Part shown: piece after piece, positions 1 to 9,241 of the stretch
How positions within the stretch are numbered: the first letter of the stretch is position 1
Layout of the letters: each line of letters begins with the position of its first letter
IMG/VR virus record: IMGVR_UViG_3300029267_002644
DNA length: 64,000 nt
DNA from: an uncultured virus (IMG/VR IMGVR_UViG_3300029267_002644)
Taxonomy: Duplodnaviria > Heunggongvirae > Uroviricota > Caudoviricetes
Strand: one strand, 5' to 3'
Made by a program: the position numbers and the translations under genes
Notes under the pieces: generated by a model
Databases searched by the model: none
What the model was told of the DNA's origin: nothing
The model's input: the letters and a program-made list of their open reading frames with translations, nothing else

Positions 1-138
1 AATAAAGAATATGATCAAAAACGTCAAGAACAAATTGAAAATGAAGGATGGTTATTTATACGTTATGTAGATTTCATTCCATCAATGAAATTATTGAAGA
101 ATGATTTAGATAAGTTATTTGATGCGGCATGCATGTAA
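1..138 (+). CDS. 3' end of a probable DUF559/Vsr-like endonuclease (partial, runs off window)
   Basis: Frame 1 reads NKEYDQKRQEQIENEGWLFIRYVDFIPSMK..., resembling the D-x2-R-x6-G-W-x2-I-R C-terminal motif; TAA at 136-138. Confidence 0.45.
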   Translation, partial: NKEYDQKRQEQIENEGWLFIRYVDFIPSMKLLKNDLDKLFDAACM

Positions 139-858
139 TGGCAAAAGGTAGCAATTAAGAAACTCCATGAAAAACATACTGTTAAAATACACAAAAGAAT
201 TGCAAAAATAAAAGAAAGAACGAAAGACAAAACACAACTAGATTCAAAAATTAAGAATGCAAAGAAAGAACTGGGTATAGATGAATTCATTCCTAATCAT
301 CTTGCGTATCTAGAAGGTAAAGATGCACATCTATATCTTTATGATATGATTTTCGCTCAAAAGTTTGCTGAGGAAAATCGAGCAATTATGATGACAACCA
401 TCCTTGACATTCTTGGCGCTAAACCAAAAGACGTAGTGGAGTCAGTCCATAACTATGTTGATCCACAAGATTATACAATTAGAAAAGGAGCAATAAGAAG
501 TGTTAAGGGTGAACGAATGATTATTCCATTTAATATGCGTGATGGTCTTCTTATATGTGAAGGAAAGAGCAACCCAGAATGGAACAACTCAGCACCACAC
601 GGAGCTGGTCGAGTATTGTCCAGAGCCAAAGCAAAGAAAGTATTGGACGTAAAACAATTTGAACATCAAATGAATGGTGTATTTTCAACAAGCATTGGAA
701 AGGGAACATTAGACGAAGCGCCAGATGCTTATAAAAATGCCTCAGTGATTGAGAATGCAATTGTTGATACAGCCATCATTTTAGATCGAATAAAACCTGT
801 TATGAACCTGAAAGATATAGGTAAGGAACAAAGAAGGAGAAAAGGGAACAAAATATAA
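139..858 (+). pseudogene. rtcB: RtcB-family RNA ligase, C-terminal portion (interrupted or split; first in-frame ATG at 346)
   Basis: WQKVA...LAYLEG...YLYDMIFAQKFAEENR...SVHNYVD...IRKGAI...IIPFNMRDG...WNNSAPHGAGRVLSR...DEAPDAYK are RtcB motifs; similarity begins right after the in-frame TAA at 136-138. Confidence 0.8.
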
Positions 859-863
859 ACTAA

Positions 864-942
864 CGCGGTGTGGAGGAGTCTGGTCGTCCTCGCGAGTTTC
901 ATAAGCTCGAGATCGTAGGTTCAAATCCTATCACCGCTCCCA
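864..942 (+). tRNA. tRNA-Met(CAT), initiator-like
   Basis: Cloverleaf with CGCGGTG/CACCGCT acceptor (C1-U72 mismatch), loop TTCATAA, GGTTCAAATCC T-arm, encoded CCA. Confidence 0.85.
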
Positions 943-1021
943 TTTTCTTGTGCTGGTCCTCGCTTGACCGTCCCGATGATAAGAGCAAAGGTCGTTAATA
1001 TTGCCGCCAGCATTTGATTTT

Positions 1022-1097
1022 GGCGAGATAGCTTAATTGGAAAAGCGCTGGTCCCATAAGCCAGAAAGTGTCGGTTCGACCCCGACTCTCGCTACCA
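1022..1097 (+). tRNA. tRNA-Met/Ile2(CAT)
   Basis: GGCGAGA/TCTCGCT acceptor, CTGGT-CCCATAA-GCCAG anticodon arm, ACCA end. Confidence 0.85.
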
Positions 1098-1101
1098 TAT
1101 T

Positions 1102-1177
1102 GACCCCGTCGTACAGTGGTTTAGTATATGAGCCTTTCACGTTCATGACGCCGGTTCAAATCCGGTCGGGGTCTCCA
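1102..1177 (+). tRNA. tRNA-Glu(TTC)
   Basis: GACCCCG/CGGGGTC acceptor, TGAGC-CTTTCAC-GTTCA anticodon arm, CCA end. Confidence 0.9.
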
Positions 1178-1198
1178 ATTCACTTTCGAGGTAACCAT

Positions 1199-1474
1199 AT
1201 GAAAGTAACTGAGGAACGAGTTGTAAAGATTACTGCAGTTGACTGGTCATACACTGATGATGCTGAAGGATACTCGTTACATGTTGACGATCAGTTTCTT
1301 CCAATTCAAGGCGATATCTATGGAAAAGTAATTGAAGAATCTGATGATCATATAGCTCTTGCTATGGAAGTCTTCGAAGGTGAAGATGTAAGAAAAGTAG
1401 AGTCGATACCGAAATCAGCTATTATTGAAATCGTTGAATTTGAAAGAAAGGTGAGAAAGTCCAAGAAAAAATGA
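1199..1474 (+). CDS. hypothetical protein
   Basis: Start moved to ATG 1199 after a GAGGT RBS; the upstream part of the track ORF overlaps tRNAs. Confidence 0.6.
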   Translation: MKVTEERVVKITAVDWSYTDDAEGYSLHVDDQFLPIQGDIYGKVIEESDDHIALAMEVFEGEDVRKVESIPKSAIIEIVEFERKVRKSKKK

Positions 1475-1848
1475 GAATGTGGATGGTTGATCCAAAGATT
1501 ATGTGTAGAAAACATTTGTTGGGAGAACATGTTGAATCACATATGTTTATCGGCACTCTTAGAAAAAGAAAAAAAGTGGATGGTTATATCCGAAACAATT
1601 GTTTACAACCAAGAGCATTATTTGAAAGACATAATGTTTTAGTTTGTGAAATGCAAAGAAGAGGTTATAATCATAAAACTCCAATAGCTGAAGAAGATTG
1701 TGATGTATGTCATCTTCCTCTTGAATATCAGCATTGGGAAATTAATTGTTCGCAATCCATGCAGGATCTTCTTGAAAGATGTCCTGAATGTAGATCGCGG
1801 AAGGAGCAATTAGATGGCAGTCAAAGACCTATTCACCAAGAAGGTTAA
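1471..1848 (+). CDS. pyrimidine-dimer DNA glycosylase / endonuclease V-like protein
   Basis: MRMWMVDPKIMCRKHLLGEHVE...RH..LV.EM..RGYNH.TP matches the DenV-like family pattern. Confidence 0.7.
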   Translation: MRMWMVDPKIMCRKHLLGEHVESHMFIGTLRKRKKVDGYIRNNCLQPRALFERHNVLVCEMQRRGYNHKTPIAEEDCDVCHLPLEYQHWEINCSQSMQDLLERCPECRSRKEQLDGSQRPIHQEG

Positions 1849-2170
1849 CACCTACTTAGCTATTATCGGTGGATTGATTGTTATCGTGACAGCAATGTTT
1901 CAACTTGATGCAAGATGGTGTCAAGAACAAGCTATTGCTTCACAAGCGAAAGAAATTGAAGAACAGGCGTTAATTATTGCAGGTGTTAATAAAAGACTTG
2001 AAATCAAAATCGTTGAGGATCAAGCAGTAAACCTCCAAAATAGAATGTGGAAAATGGAGGATCGATACGGACCAGAACCTCAAATGCAACAACCTCAGAA
2101 AAATGAGTATAGACAACTCAAGTTAGACAAAGAAAAACTGGACAAAAAACTTGATAAATTGAGAAAATAA
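1814..2170 (+). CDS. membrane-anchored coiled-coil protein
   Basis: N-terminal hydrophobic helix followed by a Q/E/K-rich coiled coil. Confidence 0.5.
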   Translation: MAVKDLFTKKVNTYLAIIGGLIVIVTAMFQLDARWCQEQAIASQAKEIEEQALIIAGVNKRLEIKIVEDQAVNLQNRMWKMEDRYGPEPQMQQPQKNEYRQLKLDKEKLDKKLDKLRK

Positions 2171-2193
2171 AAACAGAAAGGGGATAGAAGCTT

Positions 2194-2865
2194 ATGAAAG
2201 AGGATCTTACTGACATTACGTTGGTTTTGGACAGGTCAGGCTCAATGAGCAGGATCAAGGATGACACAATCGGTGGTTTTAATGAGTTTTTAGAAGATCA
2301 ACAGAAAGTTGAGGGAGAAGCATCTTTCACACTTGTTCAATTTGACGATGAATATGAACGAGTACATAATGCACTTCCAATCAAAGATGTTCCAAAATTG
2401 GATGATAATACATTCGTTCCAAGAGGAATGACACGACTGTTAGATGCGATCGGGAAAACTATCGTAATAACTGGTCAACGCCTCAAAGAAATGAAGGAAG
2501 AGGAACGACCGGGTAGAGTCATCTTCGTTATCTTTACAGACGGCGGAGAAAATGACAGTCAGGAATTTGGTGGTCCTGAAGGCAAGAAAGAAGTCTTCAA
2601 TATGATCAAACATCAAACTGACAAATACAAATGGGAATTTGTATTTCTCGGAGCAAAACAAGACGCGATTAGTGTTGGCGGTGGTCTTGGACTCAAAGCA
2701 AGCAACGCCATGAGATTTGGTCATACAGGTGGCGGTATCAAGAAAGCATTTGCATCGGTTTCAAAGAACCTCACTGGATATAGAGGCATGTCTGCTGGTG
2801 ACGCATTATACTCTTTCGCAGCAGTTGATAGAGAGGAACAAGAAGAAGAGATTGATAAAGAATAA
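2194..2865 (+). CDS. vWA-domain protein
   Basis: MIDAS motifs LDRSGSM, GMTRLLDAIG and FTDGGEN. Confidence 0.85.
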   Translation: MKEDLTDITLVLDRSGSMSRIKDDTIGGFNEFLEDQQKVEGEASFTLVQFDDEYERVHNALPIKDVPKLDDNTFVPRGMTRLLDAIGKTIVITGQRLKEMKEEERPGRVIFVIFTDGGENDSQEFGGPEGKKEVFNMIKHQTDKYKWEFVFLGAKQDAISVGGGLGLKASNAMRFGHTGGGIKKAFASVSKNLTGYRGMSAGDALYSFAAVDREEQEEEIDKE

Positions 2866-2872
2866 CCTTAAA

Positions 2873-2958
2873 GGGTGAGTCGGGCAGCGTGGTGAGCCCA
2901 AGAGTCTGTAAAACTCCCGCTTAACAGCATGTAGGTTCGATTCCTACCTCACCCACCA
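2873..2958 (+). tRNA. tRNA-Tyr(GTA)
   Basis: GGGTGAG/CTCACCC acceptor, CTGTAAA loop, long variable arm, ACCA end. Confidence 0.9.
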
Positions 2959-2979
2959 TATTTTACCACAGGAGAAATC

Positions 2980-3207
2980 ATGTTTGATGAAGATAAACTA
3001 TCAAAGACGCTACAAGCACTTGTCGTTACCTGTGGAGCTGATTCTAAAAAATGGATGGAAAAATTAGAGAAAGGTGGAATATCAGTAGCTTATAATTTTA
3101 TCTTAGAGAATGGTATCGGCTATAAAGTCAAGATCAACTTTGAAGTAGCTGATGTTGAAGTGAAAATAGTCGATAGAAAGGAAGGCGAAGGTGTCACCAT
3201 ACACTAG
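2980..3207 (+). CDS. hypothetical protein
   Basis: ORF with a CAGGAG RBS. Confidence 0.5.
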   Translation: MFDEDKLSKTLQALVVTCGADSKKWMEKLEKGGISVAYNFILENGIGYKVKINFEVADVEVKIVDRKEGEGVTIH

Positions 3208-3493
3208 AAGAAAAAAATCAGTCGTCAAAGAATTTATTGCTAATGCAAAGGGTTTTCTTGATAGTCCTATCTTTGGAAATTTTGTGGCAAAGACAATTGT
3301 AACAATAATCATCTGGGCAGTTGCTTTAATTCCTGTATATGTTGCACTTGGTTTATATCATTTGCTAGATCCAGTTGGCTTCTGGCAGATGGCAGCTTTT
3401 CTCGCTATATCAGTATTCTTTCTTGGAGGTTTCCAAGTATTTTTAGGTTTTATAGCACTTGCCATGACATTACATCTTATATTCGAACAGTAG
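3191..3493 (+). CDS. small membrane protein
   Basis: Two to three hydrophobic segments. Confidence 0.55.
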   Translation: MSPYTRRKKSVVKEFIANAKGFLDSPIFGNFVAKTIVTIIIWAVALIPVYVALGLYHLLDPVGFWQMAAFLAISVFFLGGFQVFLGFIALAMTLHLIFEQ

Positions 3494-3504
3494 GAGTAAA
3501 GTGA

Positions 3505-4062
3505 ATGGAGTTATCGAAACAGTTAAAAGAACGAGGCGTGATATTAGAGGGTCATTTTAAACTTACTTCAGGAAGACACTCTGACAAATATGTTAACAAG
3601 GATACAGCATTTTGTGATCCTTATTTATTTAAGACATTGTTTCAACAATTCTTATATTGTCAAGGTGGAATGCAATATGATGTAGTGACTGGACCAGCTA
3701 TTGCTGGCGCGGTATTGGCTGCGCCGGTAGGACTTTTTCTTGATAAGGTATTTGTTTATCCTGAGAAAGTTGAAGGTAAGATGGTTTTCAGACGTGGTTA
3801 TGATAAAATTATTAAGGATCAGAAGGTATTGATTTTAGAAGATATCATAACAACTGGCGGCTCTGTTCAAAAGACAATCGACTCTATTAAAGAATGTGGT
3901 GGAATACCAATGGGTGTTATTGCTATTTGGAATAGATCCGGTTGGAAACCAGTAGATTGTTTATGTATATCAATGGTTAATGAACAAGTAAAGTCATGGG
4001 AACCAGACGAATGCCCATTATGTAAAGAGGGGATCCCTCTTCAGGATCCAAAAGCATTATGA
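3505..4062 (+). CDS. pyrE: orotate phosphoribosyltransferase
   Basis: GHFKLTSGRHSDKY motif and PRPP loop ILEDIITTGGS. Confidence 0.9.
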   Translation: MELSKQLKERGVILEGHFKLTSGRHSDKYVNKDTAFCDPYLFKTLFQQFLYCQGGMQYDVVTGPAIAGAVLAAPVGLFLDKVFVYPEKVEGKMVFRRGYDKIIKDQKVLILEDIITTGGSVQKTIDSIKECGGIPMGVIAIWNRSGWKPVDCLCISMVNEQVKSWEPDECPLCKEGIPLQDPKAL

Positions 4063-4544
4063 AAATAATCTTCTTAGACATTGATGGGGTTCTAAACAAC
4101 TTTAGTTCTTATACTAATAAAACAACTGTTGTGTGGGAGTCAGATTGTGTTGAGAGATTGAACAAGATTGTTGAAAAAACTGGAGCTAAAATTGTCATTT
4201 CCAGCACTTGGAGATTCAGTAGACGACATATTGATGCCTATACAAATGATATGGGTATTAAGGGTGAAATTATTGACAAAACTCCAAGAAGTACATTCTT
4301 TAGCGCATGTCGTGGAGATGAAATTTTAGAGTGGATAAATGAACATAAAGAAGTCGAGAAGTTTGTGATTCTTGATGACGATTCTGACATGGGTGATCTC
4401 TTTAAGTATCTAATACAAATTAATCCTGAATTTGGTTTGACAGATTCAGATGTGGAAAAAGTGATTGCGAGGTTCAATGATACTCAGGAAAGTGATTTCT
4501 GGAGGACAGACGGGTGCAGACCAAGCAGGCCTTGCAGCTGCTGA
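4059..4544 (+). CDS. HAD-superfamily phosphatase (Swiss-army-knife RNA-repair HAD type)
   Basis: FLDIDGVLN...IVISSTWR...RGDEI..W...FVILDD. Confidence 0.8.
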   Translation: MKIIFLDIDGVLNNFSSYTNKTTVVWESDCVERLNKIVEKTGAKIVISSTWRFSRRHIDAYTNDMGIKGEIIDKTPRSTFFSACRGDEILEWINEHKEVEKFVILDDDSDMGDLFKYLIQINPEFGLTDSDVEKVIARFNDTQESDFWRTDGCRPSRPCSC

Positions 4545-4953
4545 AAGATTTGGGATTGAAACAGGTGGTCATGCGCCGAAAGGGTGGAAGACCAAAAACG
4601 GACCAAATCCGACCCTACTAAGGGGTCGGTATGGTCTAGTAGAATCAAAGGGTGACTATAAAGTCAGAACGTGGGAGAACGTAAAGAACTCCGATGCCAC
4701 TATTCGCCTGTGCTATTCTTTTGAAACGCCAGGCGAAAAGTGCACTCTTAATGCTATTGAAAAATATGAAAGACCCCATTATGACGTAGCCTTGTGGAGT
4801 ATAGAACCAGCTGATATTCTAGCAGAATGGCTTATTGAAAATCAAGTTGAGATTCTCAATGTTGCTGGCAACACAAATGGAATATTAAGTAAGGATGTCT
4901 TTAAACCTGTTTATGATTATCTTTGTGAAGTTTTTAGGAGATTGAAAGAATGA
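4477..4953 (+). CDS. SLOG-family putative molybdenum-carrier-like protein
   Basis: KVISGGQTGADQAGL...GGHAPKGW...RT..NV..SDAT...LNVAGN. Confidence 0.8.
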   Translation: MILRKVISGGQTGADQAGLAAAERFGIETGGHAPKGWKTKNGPNPTLLRGRYGLVESKGDYKVRTWENVKNSDATIRLCYSFETPGEKCTLNAIEKYERPHYDVALWSIEPADILAEWLIENQVEILNVAGNTNGILSKDVFKPVYDYLCEVFRRLKE

Positions 4954-5089
4954 GGTTTCGAGAAAAGGTTGATTTATTCGTTGGTGGAGTTATGGCGACA
5001 GGAATACTCTTATTCTATGTTGTTATGGCTGTCCCATGGATATTTTATGAAATATTGAGCTGGAGAGAGAAGAGGTTGAAAGGAGAATA

Positions 5090-5926
5090 GTGAAAATCCT
5101 ATATGCGACAGATCTACACGGACAGAAGTATAAATATGAAACACTGTCCGATTTAAGCAAAACTCGTGATTTGTTGATTATCGGAGCAGACATTCTTCCA
5201 AAGGGAACAGGACGAGATTACTTTCATCAAGCAAAGTTTATAACAGTCGTATTACCTCTGTTTTTCGAGGAAATAGAAATTCCTATCATTATTGATTTTG
5301 GCAACGATGACCTGAAATGTAATTACGAAGCATTTAAGAGAGTTGTTAACAAATATGACCATGTTTACTATAGTCATATGAATGAGGTTGTTATAGACGA
5401 TGTTTCTTTTCTTGGGATGCATTATGTTCCTGATTATCCTTTTACCAGAAAAGATTGGTGTCGCAGGGATGGTGATCGAGTTATGGACACCTTCCAGTTT
5501 GGACCGCCTTGGTGGGAAAGCTCTTCAGAAGGTGATATTCCCATTGAGGATTTGGATTCTTGGTTAAAGAATAAACCTTCTATTGGAGGATATCTTCAGA
5601 GACTACCAAAACCAAGTTGTGAGAAGGTTGTCTATTTGATGCATGCGCCACCAAGAATGCTGGGTTTGGATGTCTGTGCTGATGGTCGGCAGGTTGGTTC
5701 TGTAGATGTTACAGACTTTATTATAAACAAGAAACCCATGTTGACACTACATGGACATATTCATGAGAGTTATGCAAAAACAAAAAAATTCATGGGTTCT
5801 TTAATTGATGGTTCATTTTCAATTCAACCAGGTCAAATTGGCGGAGGTAGTTATAAAAAACTCGCTTATTGTGTAATTGATTTGGATGATATTGAAAGAG
5901 CTATTGTTATAGAAACGAGAGATTAA
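5090..5926 (+). CDS. calcineurin-like metallophosphoesterase
   Basis: TDLHG, GAD, GNDD, HAPP and HGHIHE motifs. Confidence 0.85.
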   Translation: MKILYATDLHGQKYKYETLSDLSKTRDLLIIGADILPKGTGRDYFHQAKFITVVLPLFFEEIEIPIIIDFGNDDLKCNYEAFKRVVNKYDHVYYSHMNEVVIDDVSFLGMHYVPDYPFTRKDWCRRDGDRVMDTFQFGPPWWESSSEGDIPIEDLDSWLKNKPSIGGYLQRLPKPSCEKVVYLMHAPPRMLGLDVCADGRQVGSVDVTDFIINKKPMLTLHGHIHESYAKTKKFMGSLIDGSFSIQPGQIGGGSYKKLAYCVIDLDDIERAIVIETRD

Positions 5927-5978
5927 TGGTAGCGGGGTATGGCTAGAACGTGGTCCACTTTATGGAGTGGATCATTTT

Positions 5979-6053
5979 GTGGCTGTAGCTCAACGGCAGA
6001 GCGCATGGTTGTGGCCCATGTGATGAGGGTTCGATTCTCCTCCAGCCACCCCA
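5979..6053 (+). tRNA. tRNA-His(GTG)
   Basis: GTGGCTG/CAGCCAC acceptor, TTGTGGC loop, C73; the -1 base is T, not G. Confidence 0.85.
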
Positions 6054-6082
6054 TTGATTTTATTCGAGAATTTTATATATGT

Positions 6083-6164
6083 CGGGATGTGGGCTAGTCT
6101 GGTTTAGGCCGCCTGACCTGGGATCAGGATACTTTCGCAGGTTCGAATCCTGCCATCCCGACCA
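6083..6164 (+). tRNA. tRNA-Pro(TGG)
   Basis: CGGGATG/CATCCCG acceptor, CCTGA-CCTGGGA-TCAGG anticodon arm, ACCA end. Confidence 0.85.
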
Positions 6165-6362
6165 TCTTCTTTTTCCAGGAGGTTACATGGTTTGTATTTT
6201 TGTAAGAGAAACAATTCTTATGGACCCGAACATATTATTGACTTTAGCCTATGTGTGTTAAGAAAGTAGACAACCACACAAATGGTAATGGTGTAACAAC
6301 AAAACCTGAGAAAAAGTATAAACGATCGAAGCAGCCAAAAAGGTTGTACAAAAAAGAGAAAA

Positions 6363-6785
6363 ATGAAAAAGAAAGAAAAGGAGTTTAGACAAGGCGACGT
6401 AGTTAAAGGAATAGGGATTATCAAGGAAGTTGACTTGGATGGGAAAAGTCCGATATGGACAAAACCCAATTTCACTTTCTGGGATTACAATGATGCATAT
6501 TACGGACCCTGTTCCAGAGAAATGGATCCCGAGAAAGAATGGGAAGTTGAAACTGAAAGATCGAACCTCATCCGTGCATATAATGTAATGGATGGAGAAC
6601 TAGCGAAATTTATTGCGGACAAAATGCAGGAACGAGAAGAATTCAATCAAATACACCATGATTTTTTCACAAGATACAATAAAGAACATCCGAGGAGAAT
6701 AAAGGATGAAAAAACTTCTCATAACAGTATTTCTAATTCTGATAATGGCAAGTCCGCTGATGGCTTGGGAAGTGAAGAGTCTTGA
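6363..6785 (+). CDS. hypothetical protein
   Basis: 140-aa ORF in the co-oriented gene run. Confidence 0.5.
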   Translation: MKKKEKEFRQGDVVKGIGIIKEVDLDGKSPIWTKPNFTFWDYNDAYYGPCSREMDPEKEWEVETERSNLIRAYNVMDGELAKFIADKMQEREEFNQIHHDFFTRYNKEHPRRIKDEKTSHNSISNSDNGKSADGLGSEES

Positions 6786-7104
6786 CCTGGTTTTTGGTTA
6801 TACAAGTGAACTAATTGATATAGAATGGGATTCTGCAGCAAATTGTACTTCGTATGATGTAAGGCTAAAACATATTGAAAGAGACACATACGAGCCCATA
6901 CAAAATACTACGAATGTACAAATCACATTGCAGCTTCCAAGAACAGGTCATTATGAAATTGAAGTCCGAGGAAGAAATGATACAACAAGTGAAATAGGAA
7001 ATTGGTCAAACATTACAGATCCTAATACATACACGGACGCACAACTGGGGCCATGGTGGATTTATGGTTCAGTAGAACCTGTTGGTCCTATTATCATTAA
7101 CTAA
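6706..7104 (+). CDS. secreted FN3/Ig-like beta-sandwich protein
   Basis: Signal peptide MKKLLITVFLILIMASPLMA; W...Y.V...Y.IEVRG.N FN3 pattern. Confidence 0.6.
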   Translation: MKKLLITVFLILIMASPLMAWEVKSLDLVFGYTSELIDIEWDSAANCTSYDVRLKHIERDTYEPIQNTTNVQITLQLPRTGHYEIEVRGRNDTTSEIGNWSNITDPNTYTDAQLGPWWIYGSVEPVGPIIIN

Positions 7105-7118
7105 TAGGAGATTGAACA

Positions 7119-7598
7119 ATGAAGCGGCGTCTTGTTGTTAGTATTTTATTAACACTTTTATGTTTATCATTTGTATTTGATGTTGGCTGTCTTTTTGGTG
7201 ATCCAACTACTATCCAAGGGTCAGATATAACATTAACATGGACACCAAATAGTGAAAACTACTTAGGTGGGTATACAATCTATTGGAGCACAACAAGTGG
7301 TCAATATGATTATGAGAATCCCGCTTTTATAGTCGATATTAATGATCCAGCTGATTTAGCAGAAAAGAATTTTGATCCACAAGATCCAAAAACAACAATT
7401 ACTGGATTCTCACCAGGAACATATTATTTTGTAGCGAGAGCATTTGATACTAACACAAAATGTATGAAAGATGGTGTTGAAGTTGACGGTCCTTGTTTTA
7501 GCTTGGATTCGAATGAGGTTGCTGGACTGTTTGAAATTGCTGTAACGATTCCAGCAGATGTCAAGAACATTAGACGACAAATACAGGTGTCACCATGA
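7119..7598 (+). CDS. secreted FN3-like protein
   Basis: Signal peptide; ITLTW...LGGYTIYW...TITGFSPGTYYFVARAFD...DSNEV. Confidence 0.7.
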   Translation: MKRRLVVSILLTLLCLSFVFDVGCLFGDPTTIQGSDITLTWTPNSENYLGGYTIYWSTTSGQYDYENPAFIVDINDPADLAEKNFDPQDPKTTITGFSPGTYYFVARAFDTNTKCMKDGVEVDGPCFSLDSNEVAGLFEIAVTIPADVKNIRRQIQVSP

Positions 7599-7999
7599 CA
7601 AAAAAAATTCAGAAAAAAGAGAACAAATGGAATAACTCTTTTCTATGGATTACTGTCATCGTAGTTGTTATTGTAATTGGTATTGGTTTTTTCACTACAA
7701 GAGTTAGTGATCCTATAAAAATGAGTTTTCCTGAGTCGAAGTCTCCGGATGTCGCCAACTACAAGTTGTATTTTGCACCTGTTGGTGATGAACTCACAAT
7801 GGATTCATATTTTGTAGATTTGGGTCTCAATAGTGAGTTTTATATTAACAATCTGCCCCTTCAACTCAATGAAGGGACGTATCAAATGGGTATAGCTGTT
7901 GTTGATCTTGGAGGCTTTGAAGCTAAGATCATCAAATCACATAGAACCTTAACTGTGTCAAAAAGAGATGGTCTCTATTTTGTATACACTATAAATTGA
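7595..7999 (+). CDS. membrane-anchored FN3-like protein
   Basis: TM helix, then FPESKSPDVANYKLY...DLG...GTYQMGIAVVD, paralogous to its neighbours. Confidence 0.6.
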   Translation: MTKKIQKKENKWNNSFLWITVIVVVIVIGIGFFTTRVSDPIKMSFPESKSPDVANYKLYFAPVGDELTMDSYFVDLGLNSEFYINNLPLQLNEGTYQMGIAVVDLGGFEAKIIKSHRTLTVSKRDGLYFVYTIN

Positions 8000-8012
8000 T
8001 CGGAGGTAACTC

Positions 8013-8321
8013 ATGCCCGTAAAAGAAGTCAATTTGAGCTTTCCGGCTTCAGGATCTCCTGACGTTGTGGGCTATAAGCTCTATATGGCAGAAGTACCGG
8101 CAGATGTAGACTTTTCATCTGAGAGTTGGGATTTGGGTAATAACACAAGCGTTGATCTCAGCACCCTTGATGGAATGACTACAAAAGATGGAACTTATAA
8201 TCTGGGAATCACGGCAGTTGACGATGCTGGTAATGAAAGCAGCATGACAGTTTTGCCTGACGTGGCCCTGGATTTTCAAGCTCCGGACCCGCCGGGGACA
8301 CCAGTGATAACAAGGACATAA
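8013..8321 (+). CDS. FN3-like repeat protein
   Basis: FPASGSPDVVGYKLY...DLGNNT...GTYNLGITAVDDAGNES. Confidence 0.65.
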   Translation: MPVKEVNLSFPASGSPDVVGYKLYMAEVPADVDFSSESWDLGNNTSVDLSTLDGMTTKDGTYNLGITAVDDAGNESSMTVLPDVALDFQAPDPPGTPVITRT

Positions 8322-8457
8322 CCAAATACATCATTATTGGTGTAGTTGTTGTTATTATTGGTTTACTGGTATATTTTGGGGTGAAGTAGTCCGGAACTTG
8401 ACTCGATGGCGGGTGGGTCAGGGTTCGCTCTGACCCACTTACTTTCACCTGTTTATT

Positions 8458-8531
8458 GGCTTCGTAGTTCAACAGCAGAACACACGACTGATAATCGTGG
8501 AATGGGGGTGCAATTCCTCCCGAAGCCACCA
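8458..8531 (+). tRNA. tRNA-Ile(GAT)
   Basis: GGCTTCG/CGAAGCC acceptor, CACGA-CTGATAA-TCGTG anticodon arm, ACCA end. Confidence 0.85.
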
Positions 8532-8551
8532 TTTTCAATAGGAGGCTGGTG

Positions 8552-9130
8552 ATGGCCGAATTAAAAGATCTATGGATTGAATTTCCGCCATCCAATTCGC
8601 CTGACGTTATAGAATATAAACTGTATATTCAAAAAGGTCTTTTTGATGTAACATATGACTCCCCTTCTTATTCATTGGGGATGAGCACTAATGTTAATAT
8701 AGCAGATTATGCAGTTGAACCTGGTCCTCATAATGTGGGGATTACTGCGGTGGATGATGCAGGAAATGAAAGTCAAATGTCCAGAGTTTCAATAACAATG
8801 GAACTCAAGGAGGACGATATGGGTTTAGTAAAAACAGTAACTTTAGTTTTCGAACCCTCAACCTCTGCAGATGTGGTTGGATATAAACTTTATATAGAAC
8901 AAACACCAACTGAAGTATCTTATCAATCACAATCGTTTGATCTTGGTAATAACACCGATGTTAATTTAGCAGAGGTTGAAGGAATTGGTATCCTAAGCGG
9001 CACATATAATTTTGGTATTACAGCGGTGGACGATACAGGTAATGAGAGCGACTTCGTTTTTCTAAGTGATGTAAAAGTTGATCTAGTTGCTCCAAATGCA
9101 CCAACAAACCCACAAATCGTAAGAACTTAA
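8552..9130 (+). CDS. tandem FN3-like two-domain protein (internal RBS and ATG at 8819)
   Basis: Two copies of the S-x-DV-x-x-YKLY...GITAVDD-x-GNES unit; AAGGAGG precedes the second copy. Confidence 0.65.
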   Translation: MAELKDLWIEFPPSNSPDVIEYKLYIQKGLFDVTYDSPSYSLGMSTNVNIADYAVEPGPHNVGITAVDDAGNESQMSRVSITMELKEDDMGLVKTVTLVFEPSTSADVVGYKLYIEQTPTEVSYQSQSFDLGNNTDVNLAEVEGIGILSGTYNFGITAVDDTGNESDFVFLSDVKVDLVAPNAPTNPQIVRT

Positions 9131-9136
9131 AAAAAT

Positions 9137-9212
9137 GTGGGGATAGCTCTAACGGTAGAGCGCAAGGGTGAAGTCCTTGGCGTTGCGGGTTCGACTCCGG
9201 CTCCCCACACCA
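9137..9212 (+). tRNA. tRNA-Phe(GAA)
   Basis: GTGGGGA/TCCCCAC acceptor, CAAGG-GTGAAGT-CCTTG anticodon arm, ACCA end. Confidence 0.85.
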
Positions 9213-9241
9213 TTTTCTTTTTTAATTACAAGGATTTAACT

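Noticed and set aside
1037..1198. N-terminal extensions of track ORFs (1037, 6079, 9137, 10877, 23586) and antisense ORFs over tRNAs (17774, 19885, 21807, 22788, 23152)
   Set aside because: They are translations of tRNA sequence; better RBS-linked starts lie downstream, or the ORFs are shadows.
8380..8449. Strong GGGTGGGTCAGGG-TTCG-CTCTGACCCACTT hairpin as an ncRNA
   Set aside because: A single hairpin between a gene and a tRNA; a terminator or processing signal is sufficient, and it lacks the ACT/TA module.
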